Translations under genes and position numbers: made by a program
In this document: piece after piece, positions 15,922 to 24,909 of the stretch
Layout of the letters: every line of letters begins with the position of its first letter
How positions within the stretch are numbered: the first letter of the stretch is position 1
DNA from: a virus
Lineage: Duplodnaviria; Heunggongvirae; Uroviricota; Caudoviricetes
Virus record (IMG/VR): IMGVR_UViG_2547132281_000014
Coordinates: 1-40,471 of that record
Length of the DNA stretch: 40,471 bases
Strand: one strand, 5' to 3'
Notes under the pieces: generated by a model
The model's database searches: none
What the model saw: the letters and a program-made list of their open reading frames with translations, nothing else
What the model was told of the DNA's origin: nothing

Positions 15922-16201
15922 TCAGATGTCCTTATGTTAAGAATTTTCAAACCAAGAGGTAACATTCATTCAGAACTTACCACACAAGTGGTTAGATTCT
16001 ATCGGCAAAAAAAGTCCAAAAATTAGCGCATTTACAAAACTCAAAGAGAGCAATGAGATTTTGCAAACGTACAGTGTGGATAACTTATGTGCAAAGTGGC
16101 GTTGATTTTACTCATTCGCTTCAAAAAAACCATAGTTTTCCTCACGCGGTCCGCATTTTATCGTGTAATCTGTTAAGAGTGGTTACTTCGCCACACAGCT
16201 T

Positions 16202-16232
16202 AAACCTGCCGTCGAGCGGGTTTTGTCATTTC
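16202..16232 (+). terminator. tR'-like terminator in the late-operon leader
   Basis: AAACCTGC-cgtcga-GCGGGTTT followed by a T-rich tract, about 150 bp upstream of the holin. By analogy to lambdoid pR'-tR' leaders. The pR' position itself is not resolved. Confidence 0.5.
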
Positions 16233-16375
16233 TGGGCCTTGGTATTCGTTGGGCTTGGTCTATCTAGCACTTATCCATTGGCTCGGCTTCTTTTACGTTT
16301 CCGCTTCTGGTTTGCGGTTCGTGGTACTCCCTCAATTTGCACCTCCTGTATCGGCGAGGTGAGAGATAACTACAA

Positions 16376-16702
16376 ATGCCTCATAACCCAAATACCTGGC
16401 TGGAGTTGGTCCAGAGCTGGTGGCGTGGAGACACACCGCTGGGCGCAGTGATTATGTCGATCGTTATGGCTGGCTTGCGCATTGCCTATTTTGGCGGTGG
16501 TGGTGGCTGGAAACGAAAAACGCTCGAGATTTTGCTCTGTGGTGCTCTGACGCTGACTTTTGCATCCGCTCTTGAGTATGTCGGATGGCCTAAATCTCTT
16601 TCTGTTGCCATTGGTGGCGGCGTTGGGCTGATCGGGGTCGATGCTATTCGTGGGGCTGCAATGAGAGTAATCGGTAATAAGTTTGGTGGCTCTAAGGAGT
16701 AA
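16376..16702 (+). CDS. Holin (class I, three predicted TM segments)
   Basis: 108 aa with hydrophobic segments (LGAVIMSIVMAGLRIAYF, ILLCGALTLTFASAL, SVAIGGGVGLIGV) and a charged C-terminus. Sits directly upstream of the endolysin. Confidence 0.85.
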   Translation: MPHNPNTWLELVQSWWRGDTPLGAVIMSIVMAGLRIAYFGGGGGWKRKTLEILLCGALTLTFASALEYVGWPKSLSVAIGGGVGLIGVDAIRGAAMRVIGNKFGGSKE

Positions 16703-16705
16703 TTT

Positions 16706-17182
16706 ATGCAGGCACTAAATTCCCAGCGTAAAGCTTTCCTTGATATGGTGGCATGGTCAGAAGGAACGGATAACGGGCGACAACCGACACGTAACCACGG
16801 TTATGACGTTATTGTTGGTGGTGAACTGTTTACTGATTACTCCGATCATCCTCGCAAACTTGTCACGCTAAACTCCAAACTCAAATCAACAGCCGCCGGA
16901 CGTTACCAGCTTCTTTCACGTTGGTGGGATGCTTACCGTAAACAGCTTGGTTTGAAAGACTTCTCCCCCAAAAGCCAGGACGCTGTGGCATTGCAGCAGA
17001 TTAAAGAACGTGGCGCTTTACCGATGATTGATCGTGGTGATATTCGTCAGGCTATCGACCGTTGCAGCAATATATGGGCTTCATTACCCGGTGCAGGTTA
17101 CGGTCAGTATGAACATAAAATCGGTGACCTGATTGCCCGATTTAAAGAGGCTGGTGGGGTGGTAAATGAAGTTGAGTTATAA
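16706..17182 (+). CDS. R: Endolysin, lambda R-type lytic transglycosylase
   Basis: NSQRKAFLDMVAWSEGTDNGRQPTRNHGYDVIVGGELFTDYSDHPRKLV... is near-identical to lambda R as I recall it. Confidence 0.95.
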   Translation: MQALNSQRKAFLDMVAWSEGTDNGRQPTRNHGYDVIVGGELFTDYSDHPRKLVTLNSKLKSTAAGRYQLLSRWWDAYRKQLGLKDFSPKSQDAVALQQIKERGALPMIDRGDIRQAIDRCSNIWASLPGAGYGQYEHKIGDLIARFKEAGGVVNEVEL

Positions 17183-17558
17183 GCTGACTATCTCTGCTTT
17201 CTTCTTTACTGTTATTGGCTCTTTCATCTGGTCAGCGAATCACTACTACAGCAAATATCAGCACGAAAAGAAACGTGCTGATGAGGCTGTACAAAATGCC
17301 AAATCGGCAACTGCCATTACCAATAACGTCCTGCAATCACTGCAAATCGTCAATACAGTACTGGAGGCTAACCAGCATGCAAAACAGCAGATCGCACTGG
17401 AGTCACAGAGAACCCAGGAAGATATCAAAATGGCTGTTGCGGATGATGATTGTGCTTCACGTGCTGTGCCTGCTGCCGCTGCTGACCGGTTGCGGAAGTA
17501 CGCGGACAGTTTACGTGAGCGTTCCGGTGGCACCACTGCCACCCAGCCTGACTTCTGA
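17166..17558 (+). CDS. Rz: i-spanin Rz
   Basis: N-terminal TM segment (ISAFFFTVIGSFIW) followed by a coiled-coil periplasmic domain. Overlaps the endolysin 3' end. Confidence 0.85.
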   Translation: MKLSYKLTISAFFFTVIGSFIWSANHYYSKYQHEKKRADEAVQNAKSATAITNNVLQSLQIVNTVLEANQHAKQQIALESQRTQEDIKMAVADDDCASRAVPAAAADRLRKYADSLRERSGGTTATQPDF

Positions 17559-17700
17559 TACTCCTGTACCGTTTATACCTAATCCGCTGACGTATGGTGC
17601 CAGTCTGGAGCTGAATGTGAGTCTGTTGTCTGCGCTGGCTAACTGCAATCGGGATAAAGCTGATATTCGTAAAATAGATGCAGAGAGAACTAACCATTAA
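17443..17700 (+). CDS. Rz1: o-spanin Rz1 (lipoprotein), overlapped rather than embedded architecture
   Basis: In the +1 frame inside Rz: MMIVLHVLCLLPLLTGCGS, with lipobox LLTGC, then a Pro-rich mature part. It extends 142 nt beyond the Rz stop. Confidence 0.8.
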   Translation: MMIVLHVLCLLPLLTGCGSTRTVYVSVPVAPLPPSLTSDTPVPFIPNPLTYGASLELNVSLLSALANCNRDKADIRKIDAERTNH

Positions 17701-17721
17701 GCAATAAAATTGTCAAATTAA

Positions 17722-18348
17722 TCAGTTGTCAAATGAATATACGTTAAAGGTATATGTCGACATAATTTCACCAAGTACCTCAATACATACACTTTTTTTA
17801 TGAAAATTACTGGGAAATGAACTTAGCTCCTCAAGACATTGCACATAAGTGCTGATATCACTTGCATCACGTTCAAGGAATTTCACTTGACCAAAAGAAG
17901 GAGTTTTAATCTTGGTTCTTTGCTGGATTATATGGATAAAGTGTGTAGTTGGTGAAACTATTACTCTTGAAATATCGGAAATGATGTCTTCTTGAACTTG
18001 CCGATAAAGTAAATCCTTTGGGTAATGGTGTTTAATCTCGATGGTTGCAACATTGCCATTATGTTCAGACGTTAATATCGACTGGTTATAAAGTGATATG
18101 TCAACAGCGCCGATACCGAGTTTTGGATGCTCACTTAAAGCAGTTAGTGTGCTGATTTGATTGAGTATAACAACTAACTCATCACGTATTTGTGTTTCAT
18201 GTTTGCGATTGTAGAAGTAGCCATTCAGTTCATTTAACTTTTTATGCATCCTATCGTGACTAATTGCTTCGATCAGTAAATCCTGAATCATACTTTTCTC
18301 TAGATAATCCGAACGGTTGTAAGTGACAGTATTGTGCTGGCATGTCAT
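17722..18348 (-). CDS. Putative PD-(D/E)xK-fold nuclease (208 aa; start may be ATG 18291)
   Basis: The motif order fits the restriction-endonuclease-like core: helix with E (ETQIRDELVV), then GAVDISLY (D), then ATIEIKHH (ExK). The gene is strongly AT-rich. Confidence 0.5.
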   Translation of the reverse strand: MTCQHNTVTYNRSDYLEKSMIQDLLIEAISHDRMHKKLNELNGYFYNRKHETQIRDELVVILNQISTLTALSEHPKLGIGAVDISLYNQSILTSEHNGNVATIEIKHHYPKDLLYRQVQEDIISDISRVIVSPTTHFIHIIQQRTKIKTPSFGQVKFLERDASDISTYVQCLEELSSFPSNFHKKSVCIEVLGEIMSTYTFNVYSFDN

Positions 18349-18391
18349 TAATATGTAAAGGTATTGTGAATGCCAGAAAGATAACGAAGTA

Positions 18392-18727
18392 TCATCGATA
18401 GAAAAACTTTACAGCCCACTCGTAAACAGCTTTGTAAATCGGTTCATGGTAAATACTATCGATACTATTCAGATGTGCGATCATCGCCTCCACAGTTGTA
18501 GTGGTTGTTTCTAATATTTCGATTATTGCAGGGCGGTCATCATCTTCATCGAAGTATTCGAACAGCAGTACAGGTTTACCATGCAATTCAGCATCTGAGA
18601 CTCTAAGGTTACAACTACCGCTCAACTCAAAGTGAATTTTGTAATTACCTTCTACAGAATGGCCTACGGGGAAAAAGTATAGGGTGTCATCTTTGTTCAA
18701 AAGCCATTCCCATTCATAACTATTCAT
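18392..18727 (-). CDS. Hypothetical 111-aa acidic protein, first gene of the AT-rich two-gene operon
   Basis: The ATG at 18727 is preceded by AGGAG with 7-nt spacing. The track start at 18745 has no SD. Contains an acidic stretch FEYFDEDDDRP. No family recognised. Confidence 0.55.
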   Translation of the reverse strand: MNSYEWEWLLNKDDTLYFFPVGHSVEGNYKIHFELSGSCNLRVSDAELHGKPVLLFEYFDEDDDRPAIIEILETTTTTVEAMIAHLNSIDSIYHEPIYKAVYEWAVKFFYR

Positions 18728-18877
18728 TTGTGAACTCCTGTTCATTGAGTTTCAACAACTATCAACTACATCCAGCGAAGCATAAAAGATCGTTTATGGC
18801 AAAACCGGAATGGAGTGCGATTCGATTCTGAGAAGGGTGCCACGTATCGTACGCGAACCATCCAAGAGGATTATGCA

Positions 18878-19228
18878 ATGCCCCTACGAACCCCAAAAGC
18901 CTGCCGCGTTCGCGGCTGCCGTAATACCACTACAGACCCGTCAGGCTACTGCGAAAGCCACAAAAACGAAGGCTGGAAACAATACAAGCCGGGGCAATCT
19001 CGTCATCAGCGCGGTTATGGTTCGAAGTGGGACAGTATCCGCGCGCGTGTGCTGAAGCGTGACAAAGGTTTATGTCAATTATGTCTGCATGCTGGTGTGG
19101 TGGGTGAGGCGAAAACCGTTGACCACATCATTCCCAAAGCGCATGGCGGCACCGATGCCGACAGTAACCTGCAGAGTCTGTGCTGGCCGTGTCATAAGGC
19201 GAAGACGGCCCGTGAACGGCTGAAGTAA
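18878..19228 (+). CDS. HNH endonuclease (terminase-associated, HK97 gp74-like)
   Basis: The ATG at 18878 is preceded by AAGAGGA. HNH motif CQLC...VDHIIPKAHGGTDADSNLQSLCWPCHKAKT. Lies directly upstream of the terminase genes. Confidence 0.88.
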   Translation: MPLRTPKACRVRGCRNTTTDPSGYCESHKNEGWKQYKPGQSRHQRGYGSKWDSIRARVLKRDKGLCQLCLHAGVVGEAKTVDHIIPKAHGGTDADSNLQSLCWPCHKAKTARERLK

Positions 19229-19353
19229 GAACCAGTTCCCATTGCCAGAGGGGAGGGGCGGGTCAAATCCCTGTGACCTGACGTCTTCCGGACTGCCCGC
19301 CCCATCGTTTTTTTATACCCGCGAAAAATGAAATTTAACCAGGAGTGCCGCAT

Positions 19354-19848
19354 ATGGCTGGAACGGCGGGGCGTTCCGGGCGTCGCCCCAAGCCAACGGC
19401 GCGCAAGGCGCTGGCCGGAAACCCCGGCAAGCGAGCCCTGAATAAAGATGAACCTGTTTTTACGCCCATCAAAGGTGTTGAGCCACCGGAGTGGTTCGCA
19501 GAAGAAAATCTCCCTCTCGCCACGATCATGTGGCAACTGACAACCAAAGAACTCTGCGGTCAGGGCCTGTTGTGCGTGACTGACCTCGCGGTGCTTGAGC
19601 GGTGGTGCGTGGCCTATGAGTTCTGGCGACGTGCCGTGAAAAATATTGCCATACAGGGCAACACCATCACCGGTGCAATGGGCGGCAGGGTCAAAAATCC
19701 GGAGCTGACCGCCAAAAAAGAACAGGAGTCCGAGATGAGCAGCACGGGGGCAATGCTCGGACTCGACCCCAGCAGCCGCCAGCGTCTGATTGGCCTGGCG
19801 GGGCAGAAGAAAGCCACTAACCCGTTTCTGAAAATCATCGAGTCATGA
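19354..19848 (+). CDS. Terminase small subunit (P27 family-like)
   Basis: The ATG at 19354 follows AGGAG. N-terminus [34 protein letters not shown] is typical of P27-family TerS. ATGA overlap with terL. Confidence 0.85.
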   Translation: MAGTAGRSGRRPKPTARKALAGNPGKRALNKDEPVFTPIKGVEPPEWFAEENLPLATIMWQLTTKELCGQGLLCVTDLAVLERWCVAYEFWRRAVKNIAIQGNTITGAMGGRVKNPELTAKKEQESEMSSTGAMLGLDPSSRQRLIGLAGQKKATNPFLKIIES

Positions 19849-21578
19849 GCCGGAAATCTTACCCCAACGTAAATGCTGCCAATCAGTATGCCCGTGATGT
19901 TGTGCGCGGAAAGATTGTGGCCTGCCAGTTTGTGATTCAGGCCTGCCAGCGCCATCTTGATGACCTGATGGCGGAAAAAAGTAAGTCGTTTCGTTACCGC
20001 TTCGACAAGGACCTGGCTGAACGGGCCGCCAAATTTATTCAGCTGTTGCCGCACACCAAGGGTGAGTGGGCATTCAAGAGGATGCCCATCACGCTGGAGC
20101 CGTGGCAGCTATTTGTGGTCTGCTGTGCGTTTGGCTGGGTCAATAAAGGGTCCCGGCTGCGCCGCTTCCGGGAGGTGTATACCGAAATCCCCCGTAAGAA
20201 CGGCAAATCGGCAATCTCTGCCGGTGTTGCCCTGTATTGTTTTGCCTGTGATAACGAGTTTGGCGCGGAAGTGTATTCCGGTGCCACGACAGAGAAACAG
20301 GCGTGGGAAGTCTTTCGCCCGGCGCGACTGATGTGTAAACGCACACCCATGCTGACGGAAGCGTTCGGGATTGAGGTTAACGCCTCAAACATGAATCGTC
20401 CGGAGGATGGCGCGCGGTTTGAACCGCTGATCGGTAACCCCGGTGATGGTTCATCACCCCACTGTGCGGTGGTGGATGAATATCACGAGCACGCCACCGA
20501 TGCGCTTTACACCACGATGCTTACCGGGATGGGGGCGCGACGTCAGCCACTGATGTGGGCCATTACTACTGCCGGGTACAACATTGAGGGGCCGTGCTAC
20601 GACAAGCGACGGGAAGTTATCGAGATGCTCAACGGGTCGGTACCCAACGATGAACTGTTCGGGATCATCTATACCGTTGACGAAGGCGATGACTGGACCG
20701 ACCCGCAGGTGCTGGAAAAAGCTAACCCGAATATTGGCGTGTCGGTTTATCGCGAATTTTTGTTAAGTCAGCAGCAGCGTGCGAAAAATAACGCCCGTCT
20801 GGCAAATGTCTTTAAAACAAAACACCTCAATATCTGGGTGTCGGCGCGTTCGGCGTATTTCAACCTGGTGAGCTGGCAGAGCTGCGAGGATAAATCACTG
20901 ACCCTTGAGCAGTTCGAGGGGCAGCCGTGCATTCTGGCCTTTGACCTGGCCCGTAAGCTGGATATGAACAGCATGGCGCGACTTTATACCCGCGAGATTG
21001 ACGGTAAAACGCATTACTACAGTGTGGCCCCGCGTTTCTGGGTACCGTATGACACGGTGTACAGCGTCGAGAAAAATGAAGATCGCCGGACAGCCGAACG
21101 CTTTCAGAAATGGGTGGAAATGGGCGTCCTGACCGTTACCGATGGTGCAGAGGTGGATTATCGCTACATCCTCGAAGAGGCCAAAGCGGCGAACAAAATC
21201 AGCCCGGTCAGCGAGTCACCCATCGACCCCTTCGGGGCGACCGGGCTGTCACATGACCTTGCTGATGAAGACCTGAATCCCATCACCATCATTCAGAACT
21301 ACACCAACATGTCCGACCCGATGAAAGAGCTGGAAGCGGCAATTGAATCGGGGCGCTTTCATCATGATGGCAATCCCATCATGACCTGGTGTATCGGCAA
21401 CGTGGTCGGCAAAACCATTCCGGGTAACGATGATGTGGTGAAGCCCGTCAAGGAGCAGGCGGAAAACAAAATTGATGGTGCAGTTGCGCTGATTATGGCG
21501 GTTGGCAGAGCCATGCTGTACGAGAAAGAAGACACGCTGTCTGATCACATTGAGTCCTACGGGATCCGCTCGCTTTAA
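19845..21578 (+). CDS. Terminase large subunit
   Basis: 577 aa. Walker-A-like EIPRKNGKS, a Walker-B/helicase-like motif (AVVDEYHE), and a C-terminal nuclease region. Position between terS and portal. Confidence 0.93.
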   Translation: MSRKSYPNVNAANQYARDVVRGKIVACQFVIQACQRHLDDLMAEKSKSFRYRFDKDLAERAAKFIQLLPHTKGEWAFKRMPITLEPWQLFVVCCAFGWVNKGSRLRRFREVYTEIPRKNGKSAISAGVALYCFACDNEFGAEVYSGATTEKQAWEVFRPARLMCKRTPMLTEAFGIEVNASNMNRPEDGARFEPLIGNPGDGSSPHCAVVDEYHEHATDALYTTMLTGMGARRQPLMWAITTAGYNIEGPCYDKRREVIEMLNGSVPNDELFGIIYTVDEGDDWTDPQVLEKANPNIGVSVYREFLLSQQQRAKNNARLANVFKTKHLNIWVSARSAYFNLVSWQSCEDKSLTLEQFEGQPCILAFDLARKLDMNSMARLYTREIDGKTHYYSVAPRFWVPYDTVYSVEKNEDRRTAERFQKWVEMGVLTVTDGAEVDYRYILEEAKAANKISPVSESPIDPFGATGLSHDLADEDLNPITIIQNYTNMSDPMKELEAAIESGRFHHDGNPIMTWCIGNVVGKTIPGNDDVVKPVKEQAENKIDGAVALIMAVGRAMLYEKEDTLSDHIESYGIRSL

Positions 21579-21589
21579 CTGAGGTAATT

Positions 21590-21772
21590 ATGATCATGCT
21601 GATTCTCGCGCCTCTGGTGGGCGTGCTGGGTGCGCTTTTGCTGGCGTATGGTGCCTGGCTGATTTATCCCCCGGCGGGGTTTGTTGTTGCCGGGGCGCTG
21701 TGCCTGTTCTGGTCGTGGCTGGTGGCGCGATATCTCGACCGTACACAGCCGTCTGTCGGCGGAGGTAAATAG
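21590..21772 (+). CDS. Small two-TM membrane protein (60 aa) between terL and portal
   Basis: SD GAGG. Two hydrophobic helices ([23 protein letters not shown] and [17 protein letters not shown]). The stop overlaps the portal GTG by 1 nt. Confidence 0.5.
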   Translation: MIMLILAPLVGVLGALLLAYGAWLIYPPAGFVVAGALCLFWSWLVARYLDRTQPSVGGGK

Positions 21773-23013
21773 TGTTCTTTTCGGGATTATTTCAACGAAA
21801 AAGTGACGCACCGGTGACCACGCCAGCAGAGCTGGCGGATGCTATCGGGCTGTCATATGACACCTATACCGGAAAGCAGATCAGCAGCCAGCGGGCCATG
21901 CGACTGACGGCGGTTTTTTCCTGCGTCAGGGTGCTGGCGGAGTCGGTCGGGATGTTGCCCTGCAACCTGTATCACCTGAACGGCAGCCTGAAACAGAGAG
22001 CCACCGGCGAACGTCTGCATAAGCTGATCTCCACGCATCCCAATGGCTATATGACGCCGCAGGAGTTCTGGGAGCTGGTGGTCACCTGTCTGTGCCTGCG
22101 GGGAAACTTTTACGCCTACAAAGTGAAAGCATTTGGCGAAGTGGCTGAACTGCTGCCCGTCGACCCAGGTTGTGTGGTACCGAAGCTTAACAGTAGCTGG
22201 GAACCGGTTTACCAGGTCACATTCCCGGACGGCTCCACGGATGTACTGAGCCAGGAAGATATCTGGCATGTGCGCACGCTGACGCTGGACGGTCTGGTGG
22301 GACTGAATCCCATCGCCTATGCCCGCGAGGCAATATCGCTGGCAGCTGCGACCGAAGAGCACGGGGCCAGACTGTTCAGCAATGGTGCGGTGACGTCCGG
22401 TGTGTTGCGTACAGAGCAGACGCTGTCGGATCAGGCTTATGAGCGTCTGAAGAAAGATTTTGAGGAGCGTCACACCGGGCTTGGTAATGCTCACCGCCCG
22501 ATGATCCTTGAGATGGGGCTGGACTGGAAGTCGATGGCGCTGAACGCCGAGGACAGCCAGTTCCTGGAAACCCGCAAGTTTCAGCTTGAAGAAATCTGTC
22601 GTCTGTTCCGTGTTCCATTGCACATGGTGCAGAACACCGATCGCGCCACCTTCAACAATATCGAAGAACTGGGGCTGGGATTTATCAACTATTCACTGGT
22701 GCCGTATCTGACCCGCATTGAGCAGCGGATCAACACCGGACTGGTACGAAAAAGTAAGCAGGGCGTTTATTACGCCAAATTTAACGCCGGGGCGTTACTG
22801 CGCGGGGATATGAAGTCCCGTTTTGAAGCCTACGCCACCGGGATTAACTGGGGAATTTACTCTCCCAATGACTGCCGCGACCTGGAAGATATGAATCCGC
22901 GTCCCGGTGGGGATGTCTATCTCACACCGATGAACATGACCACGAAACCCTCCGATGGCAGTAAAGCCGGTAAGCAGAAGGATAACGCCAATGCAGACGA
23001 AACAACGTCTTGA
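21772..23013 (+). CDS. Portal protein (HK97 family)
   Basis: 413 aa. The GTG start follows GGAGGT. Position and size fit the HK97 order portal-protease-capsid. Confidence 0.9.
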   Translation: MFFSGLFQRKSDAPVTTPAELADAIGLSYDTYTGKQISSQRAMRLTAVFSCVRVLAESVGMLPCNLYHLNGSLKQRATGERLHKLISTHPNGYMTPQEFWELVVTCLCLRGNFYAYKVKAFGEVAELLPVDPGCVVPKLNSSWEPVYQVTFPDGSTDVLSQEDIWHVRTLTLDGLVGLNPIAYAREAISLAAATEEHGARLFSNGAVTSGVLRTEQTLSDQAYERLKKDFEERHTGLGNAHRPMILEMGLDWKSMALNAEDSQFLETRKFQLEEICRLFRVPLHMVQNTDRATFNNIEELGLGFINYSLVPYLTRIEQRINTGLVRKSKQGVYYAKFNAGALLRGDMKSRFEAYATGINWGIYSPNDCRDLEDMNPRPGGDVYLTPMNMTTKPSDGSKAGKQKDNANADETTS

Positions 23014-23641
23014 TGTACCGCTGAGTCTGAAATCTGTCAGTGACTCCGGTGAGTTTGAAGGGTATGGCTCCGTCTTTGGTGTAAAGGACAGCCACGATGA
23101 TGTGGTGATGTCCGGGGCATTTGCTGCTTCCCTGCGGGCGTGGAGTGACAGAAAAGCGTTACCTGCGCTGCTCTGGCAGCACCGCATGGATGAACCCATC
23201 GGTGTTTACACCGAAATGAAGGAAGACGATGTCGGGCTTTACGTCAGGGGACGGTTGCTTATTGATGATGATCCCCTCGCAAAACGCGCACATGCACACA
23301 TGAAGGCCGGTTCGTTAACCGGCCTTTCTATTGGGTACGTCCTGAAAGACTGGGAATACGACCGGAGCAAAGAAGCCTTTCTGTTGAAAGAAATCGACCT
23401 CTGGGAAGTCAGTCTGGTGACGTTTCCGTCTAACGACGAGGCGCGGATCAGCGACGTCAAGAACGCGCTGGCCCGCGGGGAAATCCCCGAACAGAAAAAA
23501 ATCGAAAGAGTCCTGCGTGATGTCGGACTCTCCCGTACCCAGGCCAAAGCATTCATGGCCGGGGGCTATGGCGCACTGTCCCTGCGCGACGCTGAGGATG
23601 TGAGCTCTGCACTGAATGCACTGAAAAATCTGAACTTCTAA
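22991..23641 (+). CDS. Prohead serine protease (HK97/S78 family)
   Basis: Start at the ATG at 22991. EFEGYGSVFGVKDSHDDVVMSGAF and LSIGY motifs are typical of HK97 gp4-like proteases. Confidence 0.9.
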   Translation: MQTKQRLDVPLSLKSVSDSGEFEGYGSVFGVKDSHDDVVMSGAFAASLRAWSDRKALPALLWQHRMDEPIGVYTEMKEDDVGLYVRGRLLIDDDPLAKRAHAHMKAGSLTGLSIGYVLKDWEYDRSKEAFLLKEIDLWEVSLVTFPSNDEARISDVKNALARGEIPEQKKIERVLRDVGLSRTQAKAFMAGGYGALSLRDAEDVSSALNALKNLNF

Positions 23642-23655
23642 TCAGGAGAAATACG

Positions 23656-24861
23656 ATGGCGGTAGATATTAAAGATGTCGAACAGGTCGCGCAGGAGCTG
23701 CAGCAGAAGTTTGACGACTTCAAAGCAAAGAACGACAAGCGCGTGGATGCGATTGAGCAGGAAAAAGGCAAGCTTGCCGGGCAGGTGGAAACCCTGAACG
23801 GGAAACTCAGCGAGCTGGAAAACCTCAAAAGCGATCTTGAAAAAGAGCTGCTTGAGCTGAAACGTCCGGCAGGTGGTGCGCAAAATAAACTGGCCACCGA
23901 GCATAAAGAAGCGTTTGTGGGCTTCCTGCGTAAAGGCCGTGAAGATGGTCTGCGCGATCTGGAGCGCAAGGCATTACAGGTGGGCACCGATGAAGACGGC
24001 GGCTATGCCGTGCCGGAAGCACTGGATCGCAACATTCTCACCCTGCTGAAAGATGAAGTGGTGATGCGCCAGGAAGCCACGGTGATCACCGTTGGTGGTT
24101 CCGACTACAAAAAACTGGTGAATCTGGGCGGCACGGCTTCCGGATGGGTTGGCGAGACTGACGCGCGCTCCCAGACTGCCACCTCAAAACTGGGCCTGAT
24201 TGAACCTTTCATGGGGGAAATCTACGGTAACCCGCAGGCCACCCAGAAAATGCTGGATGATGCCTTTTTCAACGTGGAAGCATGGATCAACAGCGAGCTG
24301 GCAACCGAATTTGCCGAACAGGAAGAAATTGCCTTTACCACCGGCGATGGTACCAAGAAGCCGAAAGGGTTCCTGGCGTATGAATCCACGGATGAAACCG
24401 ATAAGGTCCGGGCGTTCGGCAAACTTCAGCATATTGTATCCGGCGACGCGACGGCGGTGACCGCAGACGCCATTATCAAACTGATTTACACGCTGCGTAA
24501 GGCACACCGCACCGGCGCGAAGTTCATGATGAACAACAATAGCCTGTTTGCCATCCGTCTGCTGAAAGACAGCGAGGGTAACTATCTGTGGCGTCCGGGG
24601 CTGGAGCTGGGGCAGCCGTCCTCTCTGGCGGGTTACGGTATCGCTGAAAACGAACAGATGCCCGATATCGCCGCTGATGCGAAAGCCATTGCATTTGGTA
24701 ACTTCAAACGGGGTTACACCATCGTTGACCGTATCGGCACCCGCATTCTGCGTGACCCGTACACCAATAAACCGTTTGTCGGTTTTTATACCACCAAACG
24801 CACCGGCGGCATGCTGGTCGATTCGCAGGCCATCAAACTGCTGAAGATTGCAGTGGCGTAA
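23656..24861 (+). CDS. Major capsid protein (HK97 family) with an N-terminal coiled-coil delta domain
   Basis: 401 aa with SD AGGAG. A coiled-coil N-terminal region of about 100 aa is followed by the HK97-fold region. Follows the protease. Confidence 0.92.
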   Translation: MAVDIKDVEQVAQELQQKFDDFKAKNDKRVDAIEQEKGKLAGQVETLNGKLSELENLKSDLEKELLELKRPAGGAQNKLATEHKEAFVGFLRKGREDGLRDLERKALQVGTDEDGGYAVPEALDRNILTLLKDEVVMRQEATVITVGGSDYKKLVNLGGTASGWVGETDARSQTATSKLGLIEPFMGEIYGNPQATQKMLDDAFFNVEAWINSELATEFAEQEEIAFTTGDGTKKPKGFLAYESTDETDKVRAFGKLQHIVSGDATAVTADAIIKLIYTLRKAHRTGAKFMMNNNSLFAIRLLKDSEGNYLWRPGLELGQPSSLAGYGIAENEQMPDIAADAKAIAFGNFKRGYTIVDRIGTRILRDPYTNKPFVGFYTTKRTGGMLVDSQAIKLLKIAVA

Positions 24862-24866
24862 TCACT

Positions 24867-24890
24867 CAGGGGCGCGGAACCGCGCCCCTG
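24867..24890 (+). terminator. Strong 10-bp GC hairpin after the capsid gene (attenuator or terminator)
   Basis: CAGGGGCGCG-gaac-CGCGCCCCTG. Only a weak U-tract follows. Confidence 0.45.
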
Positions 24891-24909
24891 TTCTGACGGG
24901 TGAAGAATC

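Noticed and set aside
16053-16451. 132-aa track ORF upstream of the holin
   Set aside because: The translation is not protein-like, and there is no SD. The ORF runs through the tR'-like terminator hairpin (16202-16232) and into the holin start. The region is better explained as the late-operon leader.
21853-22623. Long antisense ORFs inside GC-rich structural genes (e.g. 21853..22623 256 aa, 11380..11961 193 aa, 26267..26857 196 aa, 25680..26177 165 aa, 31883..32380 165 aa)
   Set aside because: These are shadow ORFs opposite well-supported phage genes. They have no SD sequences and Arg/Gln/His-rich low-quality translations. Such ORFs are typical of GC-rich coding regions.
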